Position numbers and translations under genes: made by a program. The notes beneath the pieces were generated by a model that saw only the letters and a list, made by a program, of their open reading frames with translations, ran no database searches and was not told where the DNA came from. From positions 1-25,807 of the IMG/VR virus record IMGVR_UViG_3300049139_000160: a stretch of DNA of 25,807 nucleotides; one strand, written 5' to 3'. The stretch is from a virus (taxonomy: Duplodnaviria; Caudoviricetes). This document shows, one piece after another, positions 15,801 to 23,242 of the stretch (positions are counted from its first letter, which is position 1; every line of letters begins with the position of its first letter).

Positions 15801-17287
15801 ACGCCGACGCCGACGTCGCTGGCGGCGACCAGGAGTTTGACCAGGACCTGGGTGAGGGAGGTCAGGGTGTCGCCGACGAGGGGCCCGTTGGCGCGGGCGT
15901 AGTCCATGAACTCGCGGACGTTCCCGCCGATCTCGCCGGAGTCCAGGCCGTCGAAGAAGCGGACCAGGCCGGTGTTGGCGCGGGCGAGGGTGTCGGTGGA
16001 GAACTCCTCGAACCGGTCGGCGAACCGGTCGAAGCCTTTGGTCTGGGTGAATCCGGCGAGGATGGTGACGAAGCGTTCGGTCTCCCGGGAGGCCCCGGAC
16101 GCCATCGACTCGATCCGCGGCAGGAGACTGCCCATGACGGCCATCGATTTCGTCGCGATCGGCATGGTGTCGGCGGCCATCGCGTCGGACATGGCCATGT
16201 ACTGGTCCTTGAGGACGCTGATCGCGGCGGCCGCCTCACGGGTGGCGGGCGGCATCGCGGCCGTCATCCGCATCAGCTCGGCCTCTGCCTTGGCGGCTTC
16301 CTCGGACGCCTTGCCGTGCTCGCGGACCGCCTCGTCGTACTTCTCCTGCGCTTCGGAGGCTTCGACGAGGTGCTTGATCTGCCCGGCGACCGCGATACCG
16401 AGGGCGCCGGCCCCGGCTGCTGCGCCGGTCAGGCCCGCCGCCAGGGGCGCGGCGGCAGCAGCGATCGGGATGAGGGCGGTGGACAGGGCGATAGCGGCGG
16501 CGATGAGTTCGCGGGACCGGCCGCTGAGGTCGCCGGCCGAGGTGCTGGTGGACGACAGGGACGACCGCAGCCCGCCCAGCGATCCGTTGATGGGGGTGAT
16601 GCTGCTGTTGAGGCCGCCGAGGTCTTCGCGCAGTGTCCGTGCCCGTGCCGACAAGGCCTCGACGCTGCTGTCGGACGTGCGGGCGGCGTCGTTCAGGCTG
16701 ACCAGGCCGGCGACCGCGCCGGTGGCGGAGGTGCCGATGTCGTCCAGGGCCCGGGCGGTGGCGTTGGCGTCGTCACGCAGCTCCCGCAGTGTGCGGGACG
16801 TGGCGCGGACGGCCTGCTGGACGGTGCGCAGCATGGCGGCCGCGGCTGCGGTGTTCCCGGTGTCCAGGTCGGCGCTCAGCCGCAGGCCGCCCTGGGACTG
16901 GATGCCGGCGAGGGTGGAGCGGATGCTGGCCGCGCCCCCGCCGGTCCGGTCGTCGAGCCGGACCTGGAGGCGGATGTCGCGGTCGATGCGCTCCAGCCGG
17001 TCTTGGAGGTGGTCGGCGGCGGTCGCCACGCGGCGCAGGTCACGGGCGGACCGGCCGGCCTGGTTGCCCATGCGGGCCAGACGTTCCCGGGCGCCGTCCG
17101 CCTGCTGCCCCACGGCGCGCAGGTCCCCGGCCGTGGCCCGGGCGTCGTTGCCCAGGCCGCGGACCTGGGTCCGGGCTTGGCGTGCCGCGTCAGCCAGGGT
17201 GCGGGCGTGTCGGGCGTCCCGGCGCAGCGCGTTGCCGAGGTGGGTGCCCTGTCCGCGCAGGTCGACCGACAAGTTCCAGTTGGCCAC
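12869..17287 (-). CDS. Tape measure protein (1472 aa)
   Basis: Longest ORF, Ala-rich and helical with hydrophobic segments; follows the G/GT chaperones; two ANGG...AEP.TGGEAYIPL motifs; GGGAGGG RBS. Confidence 0.95.
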   Translation of the reverse strand: MANWNLSVDLRGQGTHLGNALRRDARHARTLADAARQARTQVRGLGNDARATAGDLRAVGQQADGARERLARMGNQAGRSARDLRRVATAADHLQDRLERIDRDIRLQVRLDDRTGGGAASIRSTLAGIQSQGGLRLSADLDTGNTAAAAAMLRTVQQAVRATSRTLRELRDDANATARALDDIGTSATGAVAGLVSLNDAARTSDSSVEALSARARTLREDLGGLNSSITPINGSLGGLRSSLSSTSTSAGDLSGRSRELIAAAIALSTALIPIAAAAAPLAAGLTGAAAGAGALGIAVAGQIKHLVEASEAQEKYDEAVREHGKASEEAAKAEAELMRMTAAMPPATREAAAAISVLKDQYMAMSDAMAADTMPIATKSMAVMGSLLPRIESMASGASRETERFVTILAGFTQTKGFDRFADRFEEFSTDTLARANTGLVRFFDGLDSGEIGGNVREFMDYARANGPLVGDTLTSLTQVLVKLLVAASDVGVGVLTVVNVFADLVNAVPTELLSILLQVAIAFKAVQLAGLALAAIGPGIAAAAGSVALFGRAARFGGVASAIAGVTQRMSALQKASIVFAALALVVMGINSLAESARGAPPEVDKLTTSLKNLALTKRMTGELKETFGNFDGVTDKFKKLRGEMDKLRKADSEGAIFDFEIPVLDDVGDWFGNLANDMSKGEESLKALQADFKGVDEALAQLASSGHAKEAAAGFEIIEAAGRKAGWSTQQIADTFPQYREALAALAAEEDLAAAAMGLFGNQAIATQRKLDAQKASADGLRASIEALNEANRGALDGMIGFEQAIDDAAEAAAENAGALTMTKGQLDLNSEGAREGAAALSELSAKTQEAATSARASGASWETVNGIYARGRTEFIKTAQTMGLTKAQATQLAESIRNIPDEKATRIEMQREDAIAGLDAVIEKIRATPGSKTVTVSALTASAITMLERLGFKTKTLPDGRVQVTALTGSALSNLAAVKAARDGLQDRTITITTEYRIKGKPGGVPSGTYYGSTAGRSADGNIYAPARPAPVRAYANGGMEQHVAQIAQPTFRMWAEPETGGEAYIPLAASKRPRSRAIAEETIRRLGGDPAQIQWYADGAVTDWRYDPTSGSLYSPSDAAQAGRKTRKVKGKEISYFDLGAMEKRLKTTSAMTRRWNADLAKVADRVGGDVADALAAMGTDGYELTKKMATGSTKYINDMAAALRGLATTAKASLTDYTRQVSKATAMDAKFATNLATLAGRGYGDLAKQLAAQGDQAAMDLAAAAVSDSKKAGAANTAAKQANNALTGDQVEQLVAIIAAVTSSKTGIHDVAATTGLGEDDIIAVASKASAQIKSSLGARAAKFLADLARANKGLSYANGGIREGIYATRGGAVTFAEPATGGEAYIPLGANKRRAATRVLKDVANRFGVGLTDLAASQKVVVIRENGDTHVHVAPMRTGATASEIGAQVGWQMRRARRGGVNARG

Positions 17288-17305
17288 CGACCGCCCTCCC
17301 TTCCC

Positions 17306-17728
17306 TTACTCGTCTTCGTCGTCGTCCCAGGAGCGCCGGCCGCGCTGGCGCCGCTTCATCTCCCGCTCCGCCTCGAGCGCCGCGTGGACGGCGACGGGCA
17401 GGAGCGCGACTTTCATGCCGCCGAGGTCGACGCCCTGCTTCTCCAGCTCGGCCTGTTTCTCGGCGATGACCTGGCAGCCCACGCACCGCTGCCCGACGGC
17501 GACGTAGGCGTCCTCTTCGTCCGGGCCGCCGTGGTCCCAGTCGTCGTGACGGGTGCCGCACTGGGGGCACACGGTGCGCTGGTAGGCGCGGTAGGCGAGG
17601 GCCTTGTCGCGGTCGCGTGGTGTCCAGCGGCCATCACCTGCGCCGAGGAACAGGCTGTGGGGGATGCCCCAGCGGTCGCACAGTTCAAGTTCGGTGCGCA
17701 GTCGCTCATCGGCGATCAGCCTTTTCCC
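17306..17728 (-). CDS. Tail assembly chaperone, T portion (translated as a GT fusion by -1 frameshift)
   Basis: -1 frame RLIADERLRTELELCDRWGIPHS...CPQCG...CVGC..., between G and the tape measure; no independent RBS or start. Confidence 0.82.
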   Translation of the reverse strand, partial: GKRLIADERLRTELELCDRWGIPHSLFLGAGDGRWTPRDRDKALAYRAYQRTVCPQCGTRHDDWDHGGPDEEDAYVAVGQRCVGCQVIAEKQAELEKQGVDLGGMKVALLPVAVHAALEAEREMKRRQRGRRSWDDDEDE

Positions 17729-18267
17729 ACGTCGAACCGGACGATTCCCTGGACGTCCCACGCGGTCTGGAACAGTTGCGCGGCCTCGGTTTCGGCCCAG
17801 GTGTCGAGGTAGTGCTGGGCGTCGTCCTCGGTAATGCCGTCGAGGGATGAGGCGGCGATCAGCGGCGGGGCGATGGCCTCGACGTTGACGATGAGGCCTT
17901 CCTCGGCCTGCTCCTCGGTCGGCGGGTGCTCCTTCTTCAGCGCCTCGAACGCCGGGCGTTCCAGGGCCTGGAACCGCAGCACGATCGCCGCGTCGTCGAA
18001 CGCGGCCTGAGCCTGGGCCAGGCGCTCGTCCATGCCGGCGAGCGCCGCCTTGAGTACCTGATTGTCCGGGTCGGCGTCGAGCTGCAGGGCGGCCCGGCGC
18101 TGCGCCTTGCGGGCCTCGTCGAGGTCCTGCCTCGCCTGGTGGTCGTCGCAGATCGTCATGGTGGCGGTGGGCCGCTGCCGGTTGCGGAGCTTTTCGCGGG
18201 TCGCCGTCCAGTGCGCGTCTTGGGCGACTGCCCGGGCGGGCGGTTCCACGCTGGTGGTCTTGGGCAT
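17716..18267 (-). CDS. Tail assembly chaperone G
   Basis: Between the major tail protein and tape measure; GGAGG RBS; ends at the slippery site. Confidence 0.85.
   Translation of the reverse strand: MPKTTSVEPPARAVAQDAHWTATREKLRNRQRPTATMTICDDHQARQDLDEARKAQRRAALQLDADPDNQVLKAALAGMDERLAQAQAAFDDAAIVLRFQALERPAFEALKKEHPPTEEQAEEGLIVNVEAIAPPLIAASSLDGITEDDAQHYLDTWAETEAAQLFQTAWDVQGIVRFDVGKG
17722..17728 (-). other. Programmed -1 ribosomal frameshift slippery site G GGA AAA
   Basis: GTG GGA AAA GGC TGA at the end of G; the -1 frame continues GGG AAA AGG CTG ATC. Canonical GGGAAAA heptamer. Confidence 0.88.
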
Positions 18268-18286
18268 GGGGGTGGTCCTCCGTCAG

Positions 18287-18351
18287 GGGAAGGGGACCTG
18301 GCCGGGCACCGGTGGGGTGCCCCTTCCCGAACACCGCCGGGCCCGGCCAGG
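18287..18351 (-). promoter_or_regulatory. Interleaved inverted repeats (pseudoknot-like or alternative hairpins) between major tail and chaperone genes
   Basis: 18287-18295 pairs with 18320-18328 (9 bp); 18297-18307 with 18341-18351 (11 bp); 18304-18310 with 18316-18322 (7 bp). Confidence 0.55.
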
Positions 18352-18371
18352 AGCTGAAAGGGAGCTGCGGG

Positions 18372-18845
18372 TCAGGTGGCGGCCGGGACGGCGGCGTCGA
18401 GGGCCGGGGTGTCGGTGATGGAGAACCGGGCGGTCCACTTCGCGGCCTCGTTCTCCACGCTGATCGCGCTCGACTTGCTGGCCACACGTACCGGGTAGAC
18501 ATCCATGGACTTGCTGGCGGGGACGTCGCCCTTGCGGAGGATGATGATGAAGCCGGTGGTGCCCTTGGCGAGGGCCTCTTCGAGGGTGGAGCTGGTGTCG
18601 TCCTCGTAGAACGTGATGGAGGAGTCCGAGGCCTGGTCGTCACCGGGGATCTTCGAGGTGAACGTCGACTCCAGGTCCGGGGTTTCGATCTCCTGGTTCT
18701 CGAGCTGGAAACCCTCGGTGGCCGCGATGGCCTTGGTCAGTGAGGTGGCGCCGGTGATTTCGGCGCGGGTGGGGATGTAGGTGGAGGACGCGATCGTCTC
18801 AGCGAAGAGGATCTTCGTTACGCCCTTGCGGGAAAACCTGCCCAT
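18372..18845 (-). CDS. Major tail (tube) protein
   Basis: 157 aa, MGRFSRKGVTKILF...PTRAEITGATSLT...IETPDLESTFTSKIPG...DVYPVRV; position between the terminator-like gene and chaperones; AAGGGG RBS before ATG 18845. Confidence 0.88.
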   Translation of the reverse strand: MGRFSRKGVTKILFAETIASSTYIPTRAEITGATSLTKAIAATEGFQLENQEIETPDLESTFTSKIPGDDQASDSSITFYEDDTSSTLEEALAKGTTGFIIILRKGDVPASKSMDVYPVRVASKSSAISVENEAAKWTARFSITDTPALDAAVPAAT

Positions 18846-18931
18846 GGTGGGGACCCCTTGTTCTGCGTACGGCTGTGAGGCGGCCACCTGCTGTGGGTGG
18901 CGTCCGCGTGGGGTCCCGCCGCGGTGCGGTC
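18846..18931 (-). promoter_or_regulatory. Conserved leader motif, copy 2 (before the major tail gene)
   Basis: Shares GACCGCACC, GGGACC, GYGGACG, a 6-bp hairpin, CTCACA and AAGGGG in the same order with 25056-25161. Confidence 0.6.
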
Positions 18932-18951
18932 AAACGCGCCCGACTCTTCGG

Positions 18952-19419
18952 TCAGGCGGGGGTCAGGTCGAGCCTGAACCGCTGTACGTAGCTGATGATG
19001 GCATCGCCGGGATCACTTGACTCCCCCGGTTCGGTCTCCAGCCGGCGTGCGGTGTTCTTCACGCCGGTGACGGTCAGGGGGCGCAGCCACAGTCCGGTTG
19101 CCGGGTCGCGGGCGAGGATGGCGGTACGAACCTTGTCGGCCATCCACTCGACCTGGTCGACGCTGCCCGCCGAGCCGGATACATCGGGGTCGGGTCCTGA
19201 TACGGCGGTGACCTGGTAGACGAACGAGGCGTCGGGGTTTTCGTCGGCGAGCGGCGGGCCGGTGAGGGTGGAGTCGACCAGGTACAGCAGGTAGTACGGG
19301 GGCTTGGCGAGGGTGCCGGGTGTGGTGCCGGGCGGGATACGGCCACGGCCGACGGGCATGCCGGTCGCGCCCGCCAGGAGCGCCTGGAGAGCTTTGGACA
19401 CCGGAAGGCGGGCGATCAT
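18952..19419 (-). CDS. Tail terminator / tail completion protein
   Basis: Directly before the major tail gene; PPYYLLY, YQVTAV and ADKVRTAIL pattern; ATGA coupling. Confidence 0.75.
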   Translation of the reverse strand: MIARLPVSKALQALLAGATGMPVGRGRIPPGTTPGTLAKPPYYLLYLVDSTLTGPPLADENPDASFVYQVTAVSGPDPDVSGSAGSVDQVEWMADKVRTAILARDPATGLWLRPLTVTGVKNTARRLETEPGESSDPGDAIISYVQRFRLDLTPA

Positions 19420-19805
19420 CCGAAGATCTCCTCCACGGCCGCGCCCATCTGCTCGCGCAGGATGGCGCCGATGAACGGCAGCGCGGGCTGGACGTGCGGG
19501 TAGGGGGGCTGGAAGTAGTGCCGGCCGATGGAGTCGGTCATGTTCCAGAACCCGAACTCAAGGCGGCGGCCCTGCGGCTTGGTGGTGCCCAGGGTGCAGT
19601 GGGCGCCGTGCGGGATGGGCCGGGTGACCGATTTCCAGGAGGCGCGGTACTGGCCGGTGATGACGTTCGGCCCGGGCCGGCCGGAGGAGTTGCTGCGGAT
19701 CTGTGCGATACCCAGGGTGGCGACATGGTCCATGCGGCGCCGGACGGCGGGGCCGATGTCGTCGGCGGCGTTCTCCAGGCGGTCGGCGAGTTCGTCCGGG
19801 GTCAT
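19416..19805 (-). CDS. HK97 gp10-like neck / tail-completion protein
   Basis: MTPDELADRL...GPNVITGQYRASW...RRLEFGF...QPPYPHVQPAL; ATG at 19805 overlaps the upstream TGA. Confidence 0.8.
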   Translation of the reverse strand: MTPDELADRLENAADDIGPAVRRRMDHVATLGIAQIRSNSSGRPGPNVITGQYRASWKSVTRPIPHGAHCTLGTTKPQGRRLEFGFWNMTDSIGRHYFQPPYPHVQPALPFIGAILREQMGAAVEEIFG

Positions 19806-20242
19806 GTGGCTCCCCCCTGCTGCTGGTCGAGCGGGGTGACGCGGACGGCTTCGACGGTTCCGACCCGGCCGGGGTCGCTGGCCTGCCATGTCCGGCCGAG
19901 GAGCTGTGTGCGGGCCGGGTCGTGGACGGCGGTGACCGTGACGAGGGCGTCTTTGGGGGCGACGGGCGCGTCGAGGGGGGTGAGGAGCCGGTAGGTGGAG
20001 CGGGTCTCCCCTACCCACGGCTGGTTGGCGGTGGACACCACGGCCAGAGGCGGCGACGAGGCCGGGAGCACCGCGCCGGGCCCCTCATAGAGCGTGGTGC
20101 CGGTCGGGTACTCGAGCTGGCCGGTTGCTTCGTTGAGGACCGGGGTGCCGCCGGCGGGCAGGGCGATGCGTACGGTGTCGACGAGGAGGTTCTGCTCGAT
20201 CCACGCGACAGCTCCGGCGATCGCTGCGTCGAGGCCGGCCAT
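19802..20242 (-). CDS. Head-tail joining / head closure protein (DUF6093-like)
   Basis: LVDTVRI...NEATGQLEYP...LYEGPGAV pattern; synteny; GGGG RBS and 1-nt overlap. Confidence 0.75.
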   Translation of the reverse strand: MAGLDAAIAGAVAWIEQNLLVDTVRIALPAGGTPVLNEATGQLEYPTGTTLYEGPGAVLPASSPPLAVVSTANQPWVGETRSTYRLLTPLDAPVAPKDALVTVTAVHDPARTQLLGRTWQASDPGRVGTVEAVRVTPLDQQQGGAT

Positions 20243-20619
20243 CAGTTCTTCCCCTCGGCCCAGTCGGCGAGCTGGGCGAGCATCGCGCGGGTCAGGGCGT
20301 ACCGTTCGCTGCCGAGGTCGTCGCGGTTGAGGGCGGCGTTCTCGAGTGCTGCGGGGTCGATGCCGCGCAGGAACTGGAGGACCGCTGGGCCGGGGTCGGG
20401 TTCGTCGGCGACGACGACGTGCGCCAGGCCTTCGAAGGCGGCGGCGAGGGACCGCCTGGGGTACAGCACCAGCACCGGTGGCTGCCCGGCGCGGTGTTCC
20501 AGGGTGTAGCCGGCCAGGTCACTCGACAGGTCATGATCGTGGACGACGACCGTGGCCTTGGGGCCTTCGGTGGTGATGGTGACCTTGCGGGGGGTGTCGG
20601 CCATGCTCGGCTCATCCAT
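20242..20619 (-). CDS. Hypothetical protein (about 125 aa)
   Basis: C-terminal part of track ORF 20242..21054. ATG at 20619 follows GGAAGGA (alternative ATG 20604); host-like codon bias; coupled to the next gene. Confidence 0.75.
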   Translation of the reverse strand: MDEPSMADTPRKVTITTEGPKATVVVHDHDLSSDLAGYTLEHRAGQPPVLVLYPRRSLAAAFEGLAHVVVADEPDPGPAVLQFLRGIDPAALENAALNRDDLGSERYALTRAMLAQLADWAEGKN

Positions 20620-20627
20620 GGTGGTGG

Positions 20628-21359
20628 TCAGTCCTTCCAGCCGGGGGCGGGCCGGGACGGCCGGGCGGCGAGCGAGCGGGACAGCTCGGACCAGTAGGCG
20701 GGCAGACCGTCCCACGTGTTCGTCTGAGGGTCGTAGATGGTGGAGTGGGTGAAGATGGTGTGGCAGCCTCGCTGGCGGGCCAGGCGTACGCATTCCTCGG
20801 CCTCGTCGGGGTGCCCCACGCCGTGGACGAGGTGCGCGAACCGCTCGGGCGGGTACTGGCGCATCCACTCGGGGAACGTCGCGGCCCGGTAGGTGTCCAG
20901 GTCTCCTTCGAAGACGACGATCTGGTCGGCGATGTCGCAGTAGCCGCGGTGCGGGACGACGCCGGGGTTGAGGACGACGTAGTCCATGCCGTGCTCCTGT
21001 TGGCGCAGCACGGTCAGGGCGACGGTCTCGAGGTGTGCGAGGTCGGCGGGGCACTGGTCGAGGAAGCTGGCGGAAAAGCCGCGGTCGGCGTAAAGGTCGG
21101 CGTCGGCGTTGTTGAAGAAGTCGTCGCGTTCGCCGTAGTTGAGGGGGACGTAGCCGAGGACGCGGATACCGGCGTCGCGTACTTCGCGGGCGGCGTCGTA
21201 GAGGACGGCGTCCTCGGTGGCGCCGGGCCCGTTGGCCTGGTTGAGGACGATCCAGTGGACGGGGGCGCCTTCGATGGTGATGGCGGCCCAGGCGGAGGCC
21301 TTGGTGGCGGGGTGGGCGTAGAGGGGGATTCCGGCGCCCATCGTCGGCGGCAGCGTCAC
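20628..21359 (-). CDS. Spherulation-specific family 4 (Spherulin-4 / GH135, Sph3-like) glycoside hydrolase
   Basis: IPLYAHP, VLNQANGPG, RVLGYV...YGER, FLDQ, VVLNPG, ADQIVVFEG, RFAHLVH and NTWDGLPAYW match the Spherulin-4 motif order. GTG at 21359 follows GAGAAGGG. Confidence 0.88.
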   Translation of the reverse strand: MTLPPTMGAGIPLYAHPATKASAWAAITIEGAPVHWIVLNQANGPGATEDAVLYDAAREVRDAGIRVLGYVPLNYGERDDFFNNADADLYADRGFSASFLDQCPADLAHLETVALTVLRQQEHGMDYVVLNPGVVPHRGYCDIADQIVVFEGDLDTYRAATFPEWMRQYPPERFAHLVHGVGHPDEAEECVRLARQRGCHTIFTHSTIYDPQTNTWDGLPAYWSELSRSLAARPSRPAPGWKD

Positions 21360-21364
21360 GGCGG

Positions 21365-21574
21365 TCAGCCCTTCTCTTCCTTGCGTTCGGCGCGTGCGGC
21401 TTGCCAGGAGCTGATGTGGCCGATGGCGATGGCGTACCAGGACATGCCGACGAGGTAGGGGATGGAGTCCTTCCACCACAGGATGGTCGGCGGCAGGAGC
21501 AGCACCCAGACGGCGAACAGGGCCAGGTGCAGCCGTTTCCAGAAGCGGGCCGATCCGAGGGCGGTGCGGGTCAC
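21365..21574 (-). CDS. Small membrane protein (69 aa, 2 TM)
   Basis: Trp-rich hydrophobic segments; GGAGG RBS; GTGA coupling with the upstream gene. Confidence 0.8.
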   Translation of the reverse strand: MTRTALGSARFWKRLHLALFAVWVLLLPPTILWWKDSIPYLVGMSWYAIAIGHISSWQAARAERKEEKG

Positions 21575-22407
21575 GCGAGGCCTCCGGGGATCGCTCTGCT
21601 GCGGGTGAGGTGGGGGCGGAACTCGCGGATGCAGTGCGGGTGTGCGGTGGGGTGGGCGAGGGCGTCGTCGATGTCGCGGAGGGTGCCGTCAGCGCGGTCG
21701 GGGTCGTCGTGGCTGGTCCAGCCGCAGTCGGCGCCGTCGCGGACTGCGACCTGCTGGCAGCCGAGCTGCTCGGCCGAGGTCTGCAGGCTGCCGGCATTGG
21801 CGGTGGTGACGGCCTGCCACGCCAGGGCGGCCTGGGCCCACGCCTGGACCGGGTGGCGGTGGTCGTTGGCGTAGATGACGGTGTCGAGGGGGTGGGTGCG
21901 CTGCAGTTCGGCCGGGTCGAAGGTGGCTTCCTGGAAGCGGGCGGTGCGGGTGCGGGCGGCGCTGAGCGCGTCACGGAGGAAGACACCCGCGCGGCGTTGA
22001 GCTTCGCGGAGCCGGCCCATGAGGTCGGCGTAGTACTGCGCGGTGAGGGTGGTGATGGTCGCCTGGTGGCGGCTGGTCCACGCCCACATCCGGTGGGGGC
22101 GGTCGGCGTGGTCGAGCGCGGCGTGGGCGCCTTCGCGGTAGGCGACAGGCAGGTCGGTGGCGGCCCAGCGTTCGATGAACGCGGTGGTGGTGCGGGTGAA
22201 GTCGGCCAGCTCGCGGCGGAATGTTTGTTCGGCTGCGCGGATGCGAGCGGTGGCGCCGCGGCCGGGCCGGATCGCGGCGAGGGCGGTCAGGAGCCGGGTC
22301 TGGGCGCGGGCGAGGATCCGCCAGGCGGTGGTGAGGCGGCTGGTGGCGTCGGTGATGAACGCCAGAAGCCGGGAGCGCAGGGTGCGGCGGCGGGTGGGGG
22401 TGGTCAT
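21571..22407 (-). CDS. Minor capsid / MuF-like head morphogenesis protein
   Basis: Helical basic N-terminus; C-terminal DGADCGW...HPTAHPHCIREF resembles the MuF HPxCR motif. Confidence 0.72.
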   Translation of the reverse strand: MTTPTRRRTLRSRLLAFITDATSRLTTAWRILARAQTRLLTALAAIRPGRGATARIRAAEQTFRRELADFTRTTTAFIERWAATDLPVAYREGAHAALDHADRPHRMWAWTSRHQATITTLTAQYYADLMGRLREAQRRAGVFLRDALSAARTRTARFQEATFDPAELQRTHPLDTVIYANDHRHPVQAWAQAALAWQAVTTANAGSLQTSAEQLGCQQVAVRDGADCGWTSHDDPDRADGTLRDIDDALAHPTAHPHCIREFRPHLTRSRAIPGGLA

Positions 22408-22745
22408 CGCCGGGTCCGGGCGGTGAGGGTGATGATGCGGAGGCTGTCGTCGCCGGCGGTGCCGTCGCCGTCCGGGTCGGTCTCGTCGGGGGCGAGTGGC
22501 CGGCCCGTTTCGAGGCGGGCGATCTGCCGTTCGATGGCCTTGATGTTCTCGGCGGTGGAGACGGAGACGACGGAGGAGACGGAGACGTTCGCGGGCTGGG
22601 CGATGAGCGCGGCTTTGCGTTCCTCGAGGACTTCGATGGCGACGGCGCGGGCGGTGCCGAGGCGGGTGTAGCGCTGTTGCAGGTCGGCGAGGTCGGTGGC
22701 GGTTCCGAGCTGGCCGGTGAGCCAGGCCCGTACGGCTGTGTCCAC
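22404..22745 (-). CDS. Probable head-to-tail adaptor / head completion protein
   Basis: GTG at 22745 follows GGAGGAG; 113 aa; position after the capsid cassette; ATGA coupling. Confidence 0.65.
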   Translation of the reverse strand: MDTAVRAWLTGQLGTATDLADLQQRYTRLGTARAVAIEVLEERKAALIAQPANVSVSSVVSVSTAENIKAIERQIARLETGRPLAPDETDPDGDGTAGDDSLRIITLTARTRR

Positions 22746-22796
22746 GGGCTCCTCCACGGGCGTTGTGGGCGAGGGGTGGGAAGGGGCGACAGCGGG

Positions 22797-22841
22797 GTGC
22801 GGGCCCGGCCTTGGCGCCCCCACCAAGGGGCGGGCCCGCAC
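22797..22841 (-). terminator. Strong hairpin after the capsid cassette (terminator or RNA-stabilising)
   Basis: GTGCGGGCCCG (22797-22807) / CGGGCCCGCAC (22831-22841) plus inner CCTTGG/CCAAGG, 5 nt after the stop at 22847. Confidence 0.7.
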
Positions 22842-22846
22842 GCCGC

Positions 22847-23239
22847 TTACTGGCCGCCGGTGCCCTCAGCGGCGGCCGTCCGGCCCCGAGCCGGAGTCTT
22901 GGCCGCGGTCTTCTTGGCGGCCGTCTTGGTGGCCGTGGTGGCCTTGGGCTCGTCGGACGTCTGGTCAGCGTCGTCGGAGGTGGTGGCCGAGCCGTCGCCA
23001 GAGGCGTCGGCCGGGCCGTCGCCGGAAGGGCCGCTGCCCTCCCCCTCCGGGCCGTTCGACGGTTCCGTCTCGGGCTTGGCTGTCTTCGGCAGGCGCGGCA
23101 GCTTCCCGTCGACCCAGGCGCCAGGGTTCGTCACCAGGGCCGCCAGGCGCGGCTCCGGTAGCGTCCCGGCGTCCAGGGTCACGGTCTGCCGGGTGTCCGG
23201 GTCCTGCACGTACACGGTGCTTACGAGCTGGGCTCCCAT
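22847..23239 (-). CDS. Small capsid-associated protein with acidic linker and Lys/Ala-rich tail
   Basis: Starts 3 nt after the capsid stop; folded N-terminus (LVTNPGAWVDG), low-complexity C-terminus KTAAKKTAAK. Confidence 0.78.
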   Translation of the reverse strand: MGAQLVSTVYVQDPDTRQTVTLDAGTLPEPRLAALVTNPGAWVDGKLPRLPKTAKPETEPSNGPEGEGSGPSGDGPADASGDGSATTSDDADQTSDEPKATTATKTAAKKTAAKTPARGRTAAAEGTGGQ

Positions 23240-23242
23240 GGC

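Noticed and set aside
14732-17812. 1026-aa plus-strand ORF and many other long plus-strand or alternate-frame ORFs
   Set aside because: Shadow ORFs typical of high-GC DNA. They overlap well-supported minus-strand genes, have low-complexity translations and show no motifs.
18287-18351. HDV-like (theta) ribozyme, suggested by the P1-P2-P3-P1'-P2' order
   Set aside because: Only 1 nt separates the two 3' strands, leaving no room for P1.1, P4 or the catalytic J4/2. Kept only as a generic structured element.
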